Assembly (NCBI GenBank): GCA_963693365.1
Contig: CAVNZM010000016.1
Coordinates: 2,467,984 to 2,531,983, forward strand
Source of the DNA: Amoebidium appalachense
Lineage: Eukaryota > Protista > Ichthyosporea
Direction: 5' to 3'
Length of the DNA: 64,000 nucleotides
In this document: piece by piece, positions 1 through 43,516 of the stretch
Position numbering within the stretch: the stretch's first letter is position 1
Layout of the letters: each line of letters starts with the position of its first letter
Position numbers and translations under genes: made by a program
Notes under the pieces: generated by a model
The model's database searches: none
Told to the model about the DNA's origin: nothing
What the model saw: only the letters and a program-made list of their open reading frames with translations

Positions 1-165
1 TTAGGCGGGGACAGCATAATTGTAAGTAGGTATGTACAGTCTGCTTTTAACAAGATTGGCTATATAAGTCGCACACACAGGGACATACCCACATACCCAG
101 CCACCCACCCGTGCCCACGCCCCCACAAACGCGCACACGTGCACGCACACACACGTGCACGCGCG

Positions 166-225
<60 letters not shown>

Positions 226-1412
226 CACACACCATTCAGACGCTGGTTCAGTGTCACACGCGCACAGAGATTCGCGTTTTGAACAAACGAGTATTTTATG
301 TGCAAGAGTCGACCTCACATAAAAACGGACGCACAAAGCTGCCGTAAAAACGACGCTGTGTGCAGCCCCTTTATTTACCCATTGATATGTTAACCGTCTA
401 TACGGTATTCATTCACTAATATCAAGCAAGCAATCAGTCTCAGTTGCTAATATTTTGCGGTAAATTTCGCGACCTTTACCACTCCCATACAAGTCATAAC
501 ACAGCCATGCAAGCGAATATTCCGTCTTCGCGCATACCAAAATTTGATATTTTGATTTTATAACACGCACAAAGTCAAATGGTGTACATTTCATTAATCA
601 CACATGCCCAAGGCACATCCGCAACCAATCTTATCCACTATGTAAATTACAACCCATATATCTACTTTGTATATCAACAACACACACACCTATGTAAATT
701 ACATCCCATCTGATCTCATATCCAAGTGTAAATCCAAGTTAATGTATGTAGCAGTATCGTAATTTGAATCACGCAGCACGAAATTGCTATATTTTCAGAC
801 GCCTTTTTCGATTTGGCACTCTGTAGCAACGGTCAAAAGTCGAAACCAAATAAAATATATAATTAACGATATCAAAACAAAGGAAGACAAACAAGTTAAA
901 TGAAAACCCCCCCCCCCCCCCCCCCCCCCCCCCAAAACCAGCTCCACCCTCCTCTCTTCAAAAATTAGCGCCAAACGCCAAAGAAGGCAGTTTACCATTG
1001 CTAAGTTCACGCGGATCGCTCCTGCCGAATCACAAATCGGAAAGGAATCCCAAAAACCCTCAAAGGGCGCAAAAAAAATAGCCAAAAAGCCATTCCGATA
1101 CCTTCGCAGGGACATACACGACTTAGCGTTTAGCAATTACCTACTCTCCGCCCACCTTCGATACACAAATGTTCGCGTACGTACACTATTCAGAGAAGGT
1201 GAAAGGCTTCAGATCGCGAATGGGAAAGCAAACGATGCACCAAACAGAAAAGGAACCAGAAAAACGGATGTAAATAGGCGAGGGGGAGGGGGGAGGGAAA
1301 GGGGGAAGAGAGAGGTGAGAGGGAGAGGGAGCTTAGGGTACACGGACAAAAGGGGGAGCGGCGGGATAAAGAATTGATTTAGTCTCCCTCGGAATGACGG
1401 ACGAATGACCTC

Positions 1413-17890
<16,478 letters not shown>

Positions 17891-19053
17891 TTTCACTAGC
17901 AAAGAATCTTGAAATTATGGGGTAACATGGGGATGAATTAAGTGTGAATGATTTTGCGCTAGAAGTGTGTGAGTAGGGAAAGGACCGCAAAGGACGGTAG
18001 TTAGAGCTCAAAGCTGGAGAGCCGAGGACATAAGAGTTGGTGACACTATGTGTTGAGTATTAGGCTCGACGGAGATTCTAAAACCCTCTCGTTTATTTAA
18101 TTCCAAAAAACGTAACACACTTGCATGCTGCTGAACTTTATTGTAGTTCCTCTATATAGCTCTTCCCCCAAAGAAATAACTCAAAAACTCACCCCAACAC
18201 ATGTGCCTAGTCTTAAGAGTATTAGGGTACTGCTATACCACCCAAACGGGCAACGTCTCAACTTCGGCCCTCAGTGAGCCTCTCGGCCGAGAGTCTGTAG
18301 GAAAAAGCTAAAATCACGCGCACTACAAGCCAAGATACACATAATATTCCCCTCCGTTCGGCAATAATAGCGATATTTTTACCTTTGTTGAGCCAATGAC
18401 AAGAGCCGGTCAACAAAGATACTCAGAGACTCAGTCAGCTGACGGTCCGGCCTGCCTACAAGCACACCAAAAGGGCAAAGCTATGAGTTCAAACCCGTTT
18501 CTCGTTGGTATTATGTGATACAGGTCTCAGAAGTTCACTTTTTCTAAACTGGCGTTTACTTTTGTGCTTCACAGCTTCTGTGAACCCCGTTAATCGGACT
18601 TGGATACCTGGTCATGTTATACACGTCACATTCTTCGCAAGCGGAGGGTCCATGCATGCTCAGCCCACGGGACCATTGGGAGCTGTGTTGACTCAATGGT
18701 CAGCCTGTAACGGTCAGCGCAGTTGTCTGTGTGTTGCAACAAAGCACCCAAAATGCCAAAAAATATCTATCATTGGTACGATGCCCGATTGAACCTTAAT
18801 CCTTTCTCTACCGGGATTTTTCGTATTCGTAATTCGAGACCCCTGTTTTTTGGAGTCGGATCCAATCGCTGAAAAAACCAGTGTCCTTGGTCAGGCGAGA
18901 GAGGAGAGGGGGAGAGGGGGGAGGGGCCAGAGAAAGAGAGAAAGAGAAGGGGGGGGGGGGGGGGGGGGGGGGGGGGAGGGGAGAGAGGGGGGGGGGGGGG
19001 GGGGGAGAGAAGGGGAGGGGGGAGGGAGAGGCGAGAGAGGGAGACAGAGAGGT

Positions 19054-19084
<31 letters not shown>

Positions 19085-19088
19085 GAGA

Positions 19089-19127
<39 letters not shown>

Positions 19128-19474
19128 GAAAGAGAGAGAGAGAGGGAAAGAGAAAAAGGGAGGGAGCCAAGAAAGTGATGCAATTGCTGGTGGGTGGGTG
19201 CACGTTACCAGGATTTTACAGGAGTTTATTGTGACTCACGAAGTTACTCTAGTAAAGAACAGTAAGTTAAAGATTTATGGAGGACATTCATCAAAAACCG
19301 GAGTAGTTACACATTCTTCACGGGAAGAAATGCCACAGAGCAAAGTCATTCAACGAAGGGTCTTACTAACAATCACTTGGGTCATACAAGCAATGATCTA
19401 TACGTTTCTACACAGAAGGTGTACAGGCCGATAAGATAACGATCAGTGAAAGTGGATGTCTACATATTCACTCC

Positions 19475-20180
19475 TTACACGGGGCACAATTTTCTCCGTT
19501 TTGCATTCTTTTGAGCCAGCATCCTCTCTCTAATCTCCAGCATCCTCTTCCTTGTCCTGTCGTGCTCCTCCTCCTTCCCATTCTCTCCATCCTCTGCAAC
19601 TTCATCGACTTCGTCGGCGCAGTGAATTTCCCTCTCCCTCTCAACGTCACCACCGAACTTCTCATCGTCGTCATCCCCACTTTCCTCTTCACCACCCAAC
19701 GACACATTATCCAGCTCAACCTGTGCCTCATCCAGCTTTCTCAACCGCTTGGCCAGTGAATGATGACCAAGGAACATGTGCCCCTCCAGTTGGGCATTCC
19801 CATCCTCCGTCTCTTCCTGTTCCTCGCTCGAATATCCCTTGCTACCGCTTTTACTACTACCACCTGCTGACAGGTCCGGCGAATCAGCAGGAACCGCAAC
19901 ACACGCGTGGGGGTATCCCCCGAGGGGACCGGCGCGAATTTTGGGCAAAAGATGTAACAAGTCCCCGTCGACAACGCCAAGATCTCTCATGGCGAGCGAT
20001 CCGTTTGTGAGCTCCTGCCCAGTTTTCTTCAACACGAGGTGAATGCGCGAAGCCGGTATGCCGATGAAGGAGCTGACCGTCAGAACAACCGCGGCGGCCT
20101 TGTCTGTGTCGCACACCCGCACGCGGCACGCAAGGCCCATGCTCGATTGGACGCGAATGTGGAAGGTCCCTGGGGGCGCA
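19475..20180 (-). CDS. Ubiquitin-like domain protein with acidic tract and basic C-terminal helix (midnolin-like); upstream exon(s) unresolved, possibly from 21023
   Basis: FHIRVQSSMG...IGIPASRIHLVLKKTGQELTNGSLAMRDLGVVDGDLLHLLPKIRAG has a Ubl pattern; C-terminus EHDRTRKRMLEIRERMLAQKNAKRRK; CAG acceptor at 20181-20183. Confidence 0.75.
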
Positions 20181-20656
20181 CTGTGTAGGAGGGGAAAGGG
20201 GGGGAGGGGGGGAGGGGGGGGTAGGGGAGGGGGAAGGGTAAAGAGGGGGGGGGGGGGGGGGGGGGGGGTAAAGGGGAGGCATGGGAAGAGGGGGGAGGGA
20301 GGGGACGGAGGGGAGAGGTGGAGGTGATGGGTAAAGGAGAGGCGGGGTTAGCATATGCAAACAGCAAACATGAAAAAGAGAACAGCATGCTTGGATACCA
20401 AGCCTCATAGAAGACGTGATGTCGAGTGCCGCGATAAAGGCATAGCAGAACGGAACGGGGGGGGAGAGGGGAGGGCAAGGGACAAAGGGAGTATCAGCCT
20501 ACGGCATTCCTAGAAGCCTAGCGACACAACAAAGGCTCTGGTGGTGCAAAGAAGAGTGGCAGAGTTGTTGGGGGGAAAAAATCAGTTAAGAAAAAAACTT
20601 AAGACTGTGCAATGCTGGGGAAACGGGGAAACTTCGGCAGCCAAGGGTGTGTGTGT

Positions 20657-20687
<31 letters not shown>

Positions 20688-23600
20688 GGGGGGGGGAGAC
20701 GAGGTGAACAGGCAAACACAGGCCATGCCCAAACATCAAACAAATTTAATAAATAAAGCAGAGGAATGGTGACAAATTCAATAAACAACCCACCTCTTTT
20801 TCGCGTCCGTGCGATGTTCCCGCCGTTTCCTTGACAACGTGTGTCTGTGCTGTTGCGTGAAAGGAAAGGTAGTGCTTCTACGAGGGTGTGTGGGTGGTTG
20901 GAAAGGGGGCGTTGCTTGTGTCACGTCCTTGTTTCTAATATGCCTCTCTGTTTCAGAGAGACTGCACCCGTCTCTTGGGGAGGAGTCTGACCCATCGGCT
21001 GTGCCTCTAACGTCTCTCTCCATCGTTTCCTTCGTTATTTGGCAAGAAAAGAAACAAGAGTATATATACTTTTAAGCTTGTGTCTTTATATAAAAAAAAG
21101 ACCAAATCAATTCTATCCGCATATAAAGCTCCTGCCGGCCAATACAGTTGTGTGTTGTGTGTTGTTCAAAGTTTTCTTCTTGCGTGTTGATGCTGCCAAA
21201 ATCCCACCTCCCTACATGAAAACAAAACAGAGCACAAAAAGTGGGCTGGTTTGACTGTGGTGTGCGGCGGTGAGCGATAGGGCTAGATATGCCAGGCGGC
21301 AAAGGGAGCTCCTGCCAAGTATGACATGATTATCTCCCAATAACAATAAGGCAATGGCATCTATTGCATTATGCAGTTTCTAAAATAGCTGTTCATAAAG
21401 AAGTAGGAAATACAAAATGAGCTTTGACTTAATTAATGATACTAATTATCTTTATTATTATTTTTTGCGAGCTCTCACACTACTAATAGTGAATGAAAAC
21501 GTGTGAAAGCCAGAGCACATACAATGTTTACGAGATCATCATGATGGAGCCAGCCCTCCCAACGCCAATCAAAGCGTTGCGGCACTGAGTCAAAAACCGA
21601 CAGCTAGTGATTGGCTATCGCTTTGATAGGCAGATCTACGCCCGCATGCCCAATCAGGAAACCCCAAAATCAAGGATCCAACCAAATCGTGCTCGCTACA
21701 TTCCAAGCAGTTTGCGCGTGGCACATTTTTATCCTGAGCACAATCCATCGGTAAGCTTTTTTTATTGGCCGGTACCCCATATTTCGCGTCCAATAGGATT
21801 TGTTATTGCGTTGTGTGCAGCATACCATGTCCTTTGAACATGAAAAAAAAACTGCACGTGATATTCCTTTTTTGAAATCAAGTTTTATTCGATATCTGTA
21901 CTCAGTTTGGCATGAATTTTTTTCCTTATTATCATGCAGTTATAACTTCATGAAAAGTTTTCTGGGACTTGCGTCCGCGTCAACGCGTGGACAGTCTACG
22001 TGACCGGGCCGTCGGTCGCTAAGTCGGTCGCTTGAAAGGGCTCCCTAGTTCCTCTACGCCTCCGGATCATGAAGTGTTTACTATCTTGGCTGGCCATTGC
22101 AGGTCCCTGTGTGCTTGGTTGCAAGCAAAGTTACATCGTGAAAATACCAGTAACTCCATACAAGCACTGTCATTATTTATGGGTTAAATGTGCCATGTAT
22201 ATATGTCCATTTTTGGCTACGAGATACTTCATGATCACTGGCCGACATTGTGCACTCGATCGTAACGATCCGCGTACAGTTGCCCAGAGGGGGATCTATC
22301 ATGAATTTTTTCTATTTCAATAGTTTAGATTTTAACAATTTTAAATAAGAGGTGGTGGCCAACAGAGTATTACAGCACTTTACCATTCCATTAATCAGTT
22401 ATTTTACGGTTCCATAATATCTGAATCAAAAATAGCTGATCTTCGACCTTTTTATTGCATAATAAAAAAGATCATTACAAAAAATGATAATTCCGTTTGA
22501 CGGCAAGTGAGAGGAAGGTATAGGGGGTCAGATGCCGATACATGAGGCGCATGCAGTCCCGTGACTGACTCAACACAAACAAGTTGAAACGCAAACAGGA
22601 AAGTCTACAAGGAACAAAAATTTTGGTGTTGTATCTGGGAGGCCTTGGTTTAAGCGTGTGCATGTTTCATGCACAGTACACGAGCATAATACAGCCGACT
22701 TTTATGTAATTTTCAAACAAGGGCAGTGTTGAATTCTGCTACACGTGTCTAGTGAGGGTTCTGAATATGAAGGAGAAAGCACCATTAGCTGCAGCTGCAA
22801 ATAATGATGGTCACAGCCAGAGTAGCTTTCAAAGTTGATCTCAAGGCGAATAGAGGAGGCTTATTTTATAGTATTAGGCACAATCAAGACTTTCCAGCGT
22901 TGAATGCTGTTCTTTTCCGATGACTACCCTGAATACCGAGTGTGGTAAGGTTGTCTTAGGTGTGTCTGCATGTTGTGGCGAATTTATGTGTGAGCTAATG
23001 TTGTATGCGCACTGGGTGGCCGAACTACCGGGTTATTAAAGGACATAATTTTTTAGCACTACAGCAAGGGGAGAGAACCTAGTAATTTTGTGCACGTGAA
23101 GCAGTCATGAACTCCCATGATGTCATCTCTGAAATGAATGTGTTGCTGTGATAAACAACGGTCTCAGACTTGGCTGAATTGTCGACTAGGAGGTGCACAC
23201 GTGAATGGTATGAAATATTCCCATATCTTCAAAGTCCTTTCATCCTTTGCTGCAAAAGTTTAGACACCGAACAAACCGAAGAAACTGTAGCTGGACATGT
23301 GACTGTGCCCAAGCCTCCGTGACTGTGCCGGATTCTCCGAGGCTATGTTAGCAGCCTTATTGAAGAAAACAGCCTGCTGAGTGAAAATTAGTGTTATCTG
23401 CTCTCAGTTGATACGGCAGCATCAAATCATGCTTTGCATATAGCAAAAACAAAAAGAAATGTGCAAAGTGTTTTGAACTTGTTCAATTGCAACCCGCATT
23501 GGCTGAGATTATAGCATCATGCCCAGTCCATCTCCCATGCTCACCAGCAGGACAAGCGAGCGAGGCACTGAGGCTGTGTGTTATGTTTTACACTTGGCCT

Positions 23601-24206
23601 ACGGTATTGGCGAGCACTCCCTGCAACTCCAGGTGGGTGAAAGGGGGGGTGGGGGGGGGGGGGGGGGGGGTAGAAGGAAGCAAAAACTTCCACAAATGTT
23701 GCATGTTTGTTAACGTCCGTCTTGTTGGGTGGAGCACTGTTTGCCTTGGTGCATGCTCAATTGCATGTCCATAATCATGAATAGCACATCCCCCTAGTGG
23801 CACTGTGCGCATGTGTGTCACCGGTATTCCGCGCACCCGTGTCACCGCGTGTTTTTACAAGTGGTGACGTGTGGTTGCGCATGTATGCAGGTGCCTGCAT
23901 GGGCTGCACCATAAAGTTTGGCGGATCGTGTACTCTGTTCCGAGGAATTCCAATAAAAGAACTTGAATTCTACCGTGTTTTTATTTTCTTCATTTTTATT
24001 TATGAACGGGATGTTATTTCCTCCCCCCCCAAACACACACACACACACATGCACATACACACACAAAAAAAACACACACACACACACACCAGCCCACGGG
24101 TTTGGTGGCAGACAGGGCTGGGGTGGGGGTTTTCGGAGAAACCGCTTGTGATTGTGGTGTCTGTGGTGGCGGTAGTGTGTGGGTGTGGGTTTTTTTTTTT
24201 TTTCAG

Positions 24207-24241
<35 letters not shown>

Positions 24242-24625
24242 TGTGCATCACACCTTTACGGAATCTGTCGTTAACAGAATGTCAACTTTTACTTTTGGAT
24301 CCAATTTTGGCAACGCCACTGACCATAACAGACCATAACAGGCTCTCCTCCGGGGGGTTTATGGGGATTGAGGGGTGGTCTCCCACGGGGCCGCCGGGGG
24401 GGGGGGGGGGGGGGGGGGGGGGAAGGGGGGCGCCCTTAAAAGCGGGGGAGGGGGGGGGGGGGGGGGGACCAAGGGAAGTGGCTCGGGGGAGGTGGAGAGT
24501 CTCTTCGGAGTTCGAGTGGGAGAGTGGGATTCATTTGAAATTGCAAGGAAGATCGAGGCGGGTTTGGGTATGTGTTGGGGGAGGGTGGGGAAGGGGGGGG
24601 GGGGGGGGGAGGAGCGACACCTGCG

Positions 24626-24692
<67 letters not shown>

Positions 24693-24856
24693 ACAGGGGG
24701 GTGGGGGAGGAGGAGGGGGTCGAGGGTCGCCAATTGATGCAGCTTTCAACCTTGAAATACACTTTAGCGGTTGGGCAGCAGGTGGGGGGCATTTAGCGAA
24801 CACACATGCTATATTAGTGTACAAACGGCTGCTCTGCCATATACCAGCTACTAGTA

Positions 24857-24904
<48 letters not shown>

Positions 24905-25685
24905 CCCCCGCCGGGGCACCCGCCCGCCCGCGCATTATATATTTTCAAAAAGAATTACTATAGACCTTAGTGTTAATTGTCTCAGTTCCGCATCACATGA
25001 TTACATGTCGGGTTTGAATTTGGCTAATTAGTGTTTGTGTGCGTGTGTGTGTGTGTGTGTCACGTGTTTGTGTGACACTGTGTGTCTTTGTGTGTGTGTG
25101 TGTGCAAGAGTGCGTGTGTGTTACAGTGCGCTACAAAAACAAAAACCAACCCAAGTTAAATTGATATGGCCCAAGGTTAACAAATCAAAACGGATTTATT
25201 CAAAACCTCAAACAAAAGAACAAAACCACAACTTCTAACGAAAAAAAACTTGAGGCTGACTGAAAACCGTAATTAAAGAACAAAGCAAAGCAAGTGTGCA
25301 CTCATTCAGTTCGATTTTGGGGCTCTGTGCAGTATGCTATTTCCTATATTTACAAATTTTCCAGATCACTGATCTGGATATATTGCCGTTTAGGGTTCCA
25401 GCGGCTTTGCTCGTTGATATTCCGTGGTCCTGTCCGAATTAAGTTTTCAGATCACTGATCTGTGAAATATGTTATGTAAAGTGCTATTTACAATCGGCCT
25501 GAATAAGTGTTTTGGCTCTAACAACATTTCCACACTACCCTTGATCAAGACATAACCGTGAGATATTGGGTAAACCTAATCAGCTGTCCCCAATATACTC
25601 AAATCCCACCAAAAATATCCGAAGTTCTTGTAGTTTTACGGCCCTTTTGGGTGCAAGCTTCAGAGCTTGGTAAAACTTGGCGGAT

Positions 25686-37812
<12,127 letters not shown>

Positions 37813-39436
37813 AGGGTATTTCAGTGATTCGAAATAGTCTTAAACATCGTGTCAGTGCATAGGAGACAAGAATATTGGTTCTCGTGCGCTCAAGAGGTGC
37901 TAGTGTGAAGCTGGCGAACGAAAACAAAAAAGAGAAGAAAACCCAGCTTCCCCCTCGAGCTCCGAGTGTGGTGTGTGGGCGGGCGGCTGTGTTTATATAA
38001 GGCAGAGTTGCCCAATCACAATTCGGTTGCATGATATATATCCAATGAATGAAATGATACAAGTGCGTAAGAATTTGTGCGGGCATCGCACGCGTGGGGC
38101 TGTTTGTGTGGCGGCGTACAGCACTTAGCGACTGTGTTTACCATATACAGACACTTCACAAACATGCTAGTGTAGAATACTACAGAAGTTACACATATTG
38201 CTCAGAGGAATGATACTTCTAATAACTGTATACATATATAAAGGCAGCGCTTTGTACATGTAAGTCGTTGTCATCACTCAACTCAAGTACAGCTATGACA
38301 GGAATGTGGCGTTCGGACCTGATTTACCATATTTGGTTTTATTGTGTTATTTCTCCCGGGCTGGGGTGTGAGATCTGGTCCTGTATTGCACCAAACCTAT
38401 CATATTTTTAGTAAAACATGATGTACCTTTCTTACTATCCTAGTGCACTTATAGTATACATGTATTTTTTAAGATCTTTACTAATCATTGAAGAGCAATA
38501 TTGCAGAAAAAACTCTCAACGTCAAAGCAACATATATATAGTTTACACGCAGATTGGATGAACAAATCATGATAAGTCTCTAATTGGTTTTCTGGAGGCT
38601 AGCAAATTCCAGAGTACATGTTAGCTCGGCCCAAGACACCAAATCTTGTGAGAATACGTTCAAGTGCTTGGCTTCGCTAATGATAATAACAGACTGGTTG
38701 ACCACTATATGTAGACATGGTATATGAGAGAAATTTAATGAGAAACACTTTCAAATCCCAACAACAGTAGCCTCGTCAGAAGTGAAGGAATAAGTTTATA
38801 GAGGCGGAGTGGGGTACCAACCAAAAGTGATCACAGATTTGCCTCCTTCAGACCACACAAATCTTTATTAATGTTTCCTATTGGTCGACGTTAATCCAAT
38901 CGGAACATCACATGCAGGGTAACAAGGCGAAAAGAACACAACTTCGCATTATCGATGTGACATGTAGGGCAGTCCCCCAACAAAAGGCCATCACACCTTG
39001 CTCGTGGTGATACGTGCATGAACGTGAGAGTACGAGGCAACGTTTCTATCCTTACTGCCCTTATTACTACTGTTGTTTTCGTTCGACAGACAGGCCGTCC
39101 TCCCAATACTGCAGCTTGAAACACAAGCTCGTTCATTCGAGAGGTTTTTTCAAAGGCTCTAGCTCGTAGTTGCAAATTTTGGTTGAGCTAAATTTGGCCA
39201 ACATCCCTTTACCCTCGGACCATAAGAACCAACCACGTGCACAAAAGGACATACATGATTAGAGGGACTTTTTGAGCATGTGCAAACGAGAACAACATTA
39301 CCAAAACCATAGCAAAAACATAGAGCCAGTTACTCCGAGTAGCCAGTAGTTCTTTCAAAGGACAAGCATAACTAGCAACACTTTTTTCCTTCTTCTTTTT
39401 TCTTTTTCTTATTCCTTTTGCTATTAGTCGTTCAAC

Positions 39437-40264
39437 ATGGGCTTTCTCGTTCGCAAAAAGTCGTCCACCTTCAAGCAGGTTGCCGTCTGTGCCGTTCTGA
39501 CCACGGCCACAACACACCCTTTGACCGTAAGAGCAGCACCAACCATTCCCTTTTCCGACCAAACCTCGGGTGGTGTGGGGATGGTAGAACTGGACCCCTT
39601 GGCTGTCCCTCTCTCACACACATCTCTGGACGGAGCTATGCTCTCTTCTGGTGCTCCCATTTCCAACGAGTTTTTGAAAGCGCAAAATGACATCGCGGTA
39701 TTTAGTGGTGGAAATGGACTTGAAATGGATAATACGGCTCGAAGTAGGGATTCTGATCAGGGACACCTTCTGAATGTTTCGGGCGATGGTACAAGCACGT
39801 CACCCCAAGACCTAACTACCACAAACGAAAACAGCCAAGCGCAGAACGTTAACGTCGAGAGTGAACATGAAAATGAAGCTGGTTACCTGGGCAGCGAGCA
39901 TGTTTTGCAAATATCTGCACAGCCACATGAATCAGGCTCACCGTCGGACCCCTCCGCAAAATTACTCACACAACAACAACCCACCACCACCACCACCACC
40001 TCCTCCAACAACGAAGAAACAAACGAAATCCAAAGGGACGCAGGGACGGGTGGTTCCACGGATTCTGAAAGCACACAGGGGGGAGAACAGGTGTTTCCAC
40101 GTACACGCAGGTCATCGTTTAGGCCCCGAATAGTCGCGGGGATGGGGAGCGTAGCGGGGGCGGCAATGGTGGTGGTGGGGGCGTTGGTTGGGTGGAGAAC
40201 GGCAAGCATGAGAATGAGGGAGAGGAGGGCTGCTGCCTGCGCGTCTCCGTCCATGCGGCTGTGA
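39437..40264 (+). CDS. Hypothetical single-pass membrane protein, 275 aa
   Basis: Intronless non-repetitive ORF with an N-terminal hydrophobic signal-like segment, a Ser/Thr-rich disordered stalk, a TM segment IVAGMGSVAGAAMVVVGALVGW and a basic tail. Confidence 0.75.
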   Translation: MGFLVRKKSSTFKQVAVCAVLTTATTHPLTVRAAPTIPFSDQTSGGVGMVELDPLAVPLSHTSLDGAMLSSGAPISNEFLKAQNDIAVFSGGNGLEMDNTARSRDSDQGHLLNVSGDGTSTSPQDLTTTNENSQAQNVNVESEHENEAGYLGSEHVLQISAQPHESGSPSDPSAKLLTQQQPTTTTTTSSNNEETNEIQRDAGTGGSTDSESTQGGEQVFPRTRRSSFRPRIVAGMGSVAGAAMVVVGALVGWRTASMRMRERRAAACASPSMRL

Positions 40265-40278
40265 AGGTGTTTTTTTTT

Positions 40279-40323
<45 letters not shown>

Positions 40324-40501
40324 CGGTGGGCCGGGTGGGGAATTAGAAAGATTCGAGGAAGAGTCGAAGTCATTTGAAGGTAGGACGTGGGACACAAAAC
40401 AGTATGTGTATGGCAATGATCTCAGGTGATGTGAAGGACGTTGACGTTTTTTTCTATCTTTCTTTCGTTCTTTCTTTCTTTTCTTTTTTTTTTTTTTTTT
40501 T

Positions 40502-40532
<31 letters not shown>

Positions 40533-41215
40533 GGGGGTCCATAGCAACACGGTGCCAATCAGTTTATTGGCGACCAGTTTGAAGGCGATCGAGTGAGTGG
40601 TGTACCTAAAGTAGTTAACCCACCAACGTGAATATCTAACTAAGTCAAAATTACATTTAATTTAGTTTGGCTTACTTTATTTTTGTTTGTAATTCATGTG
40701 TTTTTGAAGCTGTTTTTCTTGTGTTCTTGAAACTAATCAGTCAAGTGTCAGGAAGTGCATAAATTTCATACGTAGGTTGTTGCATGTTTACTTTCAGAGC
40801 AGGGCTTGATGTATGTATGTGATCTTTTTCACGGTTATCGTCCGTACGTATAACTGAGATTCAACGAAGGGATTGGGAAACATACGAAATGCTGTGATGT
40901 GATTGGCTTTGGAAGTGTTCACCAGACTCTGTGACATATACTCTGTAATGGATATGCCGAGATAATTGCCGTTTTGAAACGTCAAAAGACAACTGATGCA
41001 GATACCCCAAATTCGCAGGTTTCTATTTTCCTTCTGTCGTGAGCGAGATGCACGCCGGGAAGGGAAACGAGGGTGCCAAGGGGGGAGGAGGGGGGGGGAG
41101 GGGGGGGAGGGGGAAGGACGGGAGAGAGAGGGGCGGGAAGGAGGGTTTGTCACAACGGTTGTCAGTTGCTCCTACTTTCTACTACCAGCGCATGACTGTA
41201 GCTGTCTTTGCCCCA

Positions 41216-41258
<43 letters not shown>

Positions 41259-41662
41259 AACCCACCCACCCACCACCCCGTTCTATCCTCTGGCAATACT
41301 CTGAGGATGCGCTCTACTTAGAATGCATACTATTTGTGTGTGCTGTGCAGAGCCTCCATTGTGTTGCTCGTCTTCATATGTGGAGTTTGCACTCTGTAAA
41401 GCATGTTCCCCCCCCCCCCCCCCCCCCCCTCCCCACCCCACCCCCACCCACCCACCCACCCACGGGCCGTTGCCTCCCCGGTCCCCCCTCCTCGCACCCT
41501 CCCGTCCCCCGGAAGGCCCTAGCCACCACCAAAACAAAACCCCTTTTCTCGATCTCCTGGGTTGCAACCAGAGCCAGTTCTTGGAGATATAGGAGGGGTA
41601 AGAGAAGATGGGGGCAGGGAGATTACGAGCAAGTGAGTGTGAGTGAGTGAGTGAGTGAGTGA

Positions 41663-41701
<39 letters not shown>

Positions 41702-42861
41702 CGTGTGTGTGTTCGCGCGTGCTCGTGTGTCCATGTGTACGTATGCCCAAGCTTGTGTGCGCTTCTGCGCCCGAGCTTCTAAAAACTTTGTGTGTGTGTG
41801 TGTACACGTGTGTGTGTGTGTGTGTGTGTGTGACGAGGGGTGGGGTTGTGGTGGTGCGGGGGGGGGGGGGGGAGGGAAGAGGGGGCACGGGGAGAGGGGG
41901 GGGGGGGGGGGGGAGAGAGGGAGGGGGGGGGGGAGGGGGGAGGATGGGCAAATTTCACCCAATGCTGACGCGTGTGTATGTACATGTACCTCTTTGAATA
42001 TTCTCCACCCCCCCCCCCCCCCCCCCCCCCCCCTCCACCCCCCCTCGCCCCACCCACCTCTGAGTTTTTTTACTTTTCATTGAAAGTCTTCATTGTCCAA
42101 CAATGCAGAGGTGTGCATGTGCAGGAACACTGTATAATATATTACAGATGCACAACACATAATAGTGTTTGGGTTCGGGGGCCAATCCTTCTGTAGTCCA
42201 TTACCTGATAGAATTACTTACTAACACTCTAATACGAATAGTATAACAACACACTTACTCTCGGAGTGACTACAGTAATACAACAGTGTTACTACCAACG
42301 ATACATACTATGATTCCAAGCACGTAAATATGTTAATTCACTGTTTAAGTGACTACCATATTACTTTAGGACCATCAATGCTCGTACACTTGCTATCAGT
42401 CATCGGTAAAACAAACGGGAAAATAGTAGAATTAACCTTTTAATAGTATATATCAGAGACTAACTATACGATATTATCACGGGCTCACTATAGCGCATCC
42501 GAAACCCCCCCCCCCCCCCCCCCTCCTCTCTCCGCCCATCCAAAAAAGGGTGAAAAAGAAATTAAAAATAATTCACCGTGAAAATAACTATAAAAAAAAG
42601 ACACTATATTAGGTGAAAAGAACGCACAGGAAATGTAGACTTGGAAGAGATTAAGGTAGGCATAGCATTTATCAACGATCCGCCATAATGGAGTTATTTT
42701 TTTTCATCTTGAAAACAAACCGTTTGAAAAACACAAGAAATCTGCGCAAAGGAAAGAACCTACACTGTAGTACAATCACAATCCCGAATTTCGTAGCTTT
42801 TCAAATACAGGCTCATATCTCCCTCCCCGTAATCATATCTAGCAAATCGCAATGTCATGTC

Positions 42862-42897
<36 letters not shown>

Positions 42898-43191
42898 ACA
42901 CCCATTGTACTGCCTTACGGTATGTGGTTAATGTGCCGAGAGGTGCTGTTATTGCCTTATCCTAAACATGCCGCCGGCGTTTCTGGTATTATCTGTGTGC
43001 TATATATTTCGTTATCCCCTCCCCCCCCCCCCCCCCCTCCCCCCCCCCCAAAAAAAAAAAAAACCCAAGGGCCCTCCGAGAAAATAAATGGGAGAAGGCA
43101 CTAAAAAGGAAAACAGCCGAATAAAAATGCGCCACACACACAATGGGCACAAACAAGTACACACGCGCGGTGCGTGGGCGCATGCACACAC

Positions 43192-43239
<48 letters not shown>

Positions 43240-43363
43240 GACACCCACCCACACGTGTCTTGCAGTCGAATCAAAAATCATCTATGCAGCATGGCATGCT
43301 AGAACTGCGCTCATTGAAGACTCTGGCAGCCTTAGTCACATTCCGAAAACTCAACAAGTTTTT

Positions 43364-43398
<35 letters not shown>

Positions 43399-43516
43399 AC
43401 AAAAAAAAAAAAAAAAAAAAAAGAACAAACAAACAAACAAACAAACAAAAAAACAAAAAAAAAAAAACAAAAACAAAAACAAATAAACTCTCACCATCAA
43501 GCACAAATAGTAATGC

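Noticed and set aside
21300-23500. Possible decayed transposon in non-repetitive intergenic DNA
   Set aside because: No recognisable transposase or RT motifs or termini.
23797-24963. 388-aa ORF
   Set aside because: Held open by repeats; no protein signal. A lone hAT-like end (tggcaacgccactg, ~24309) has no partner that I could find.
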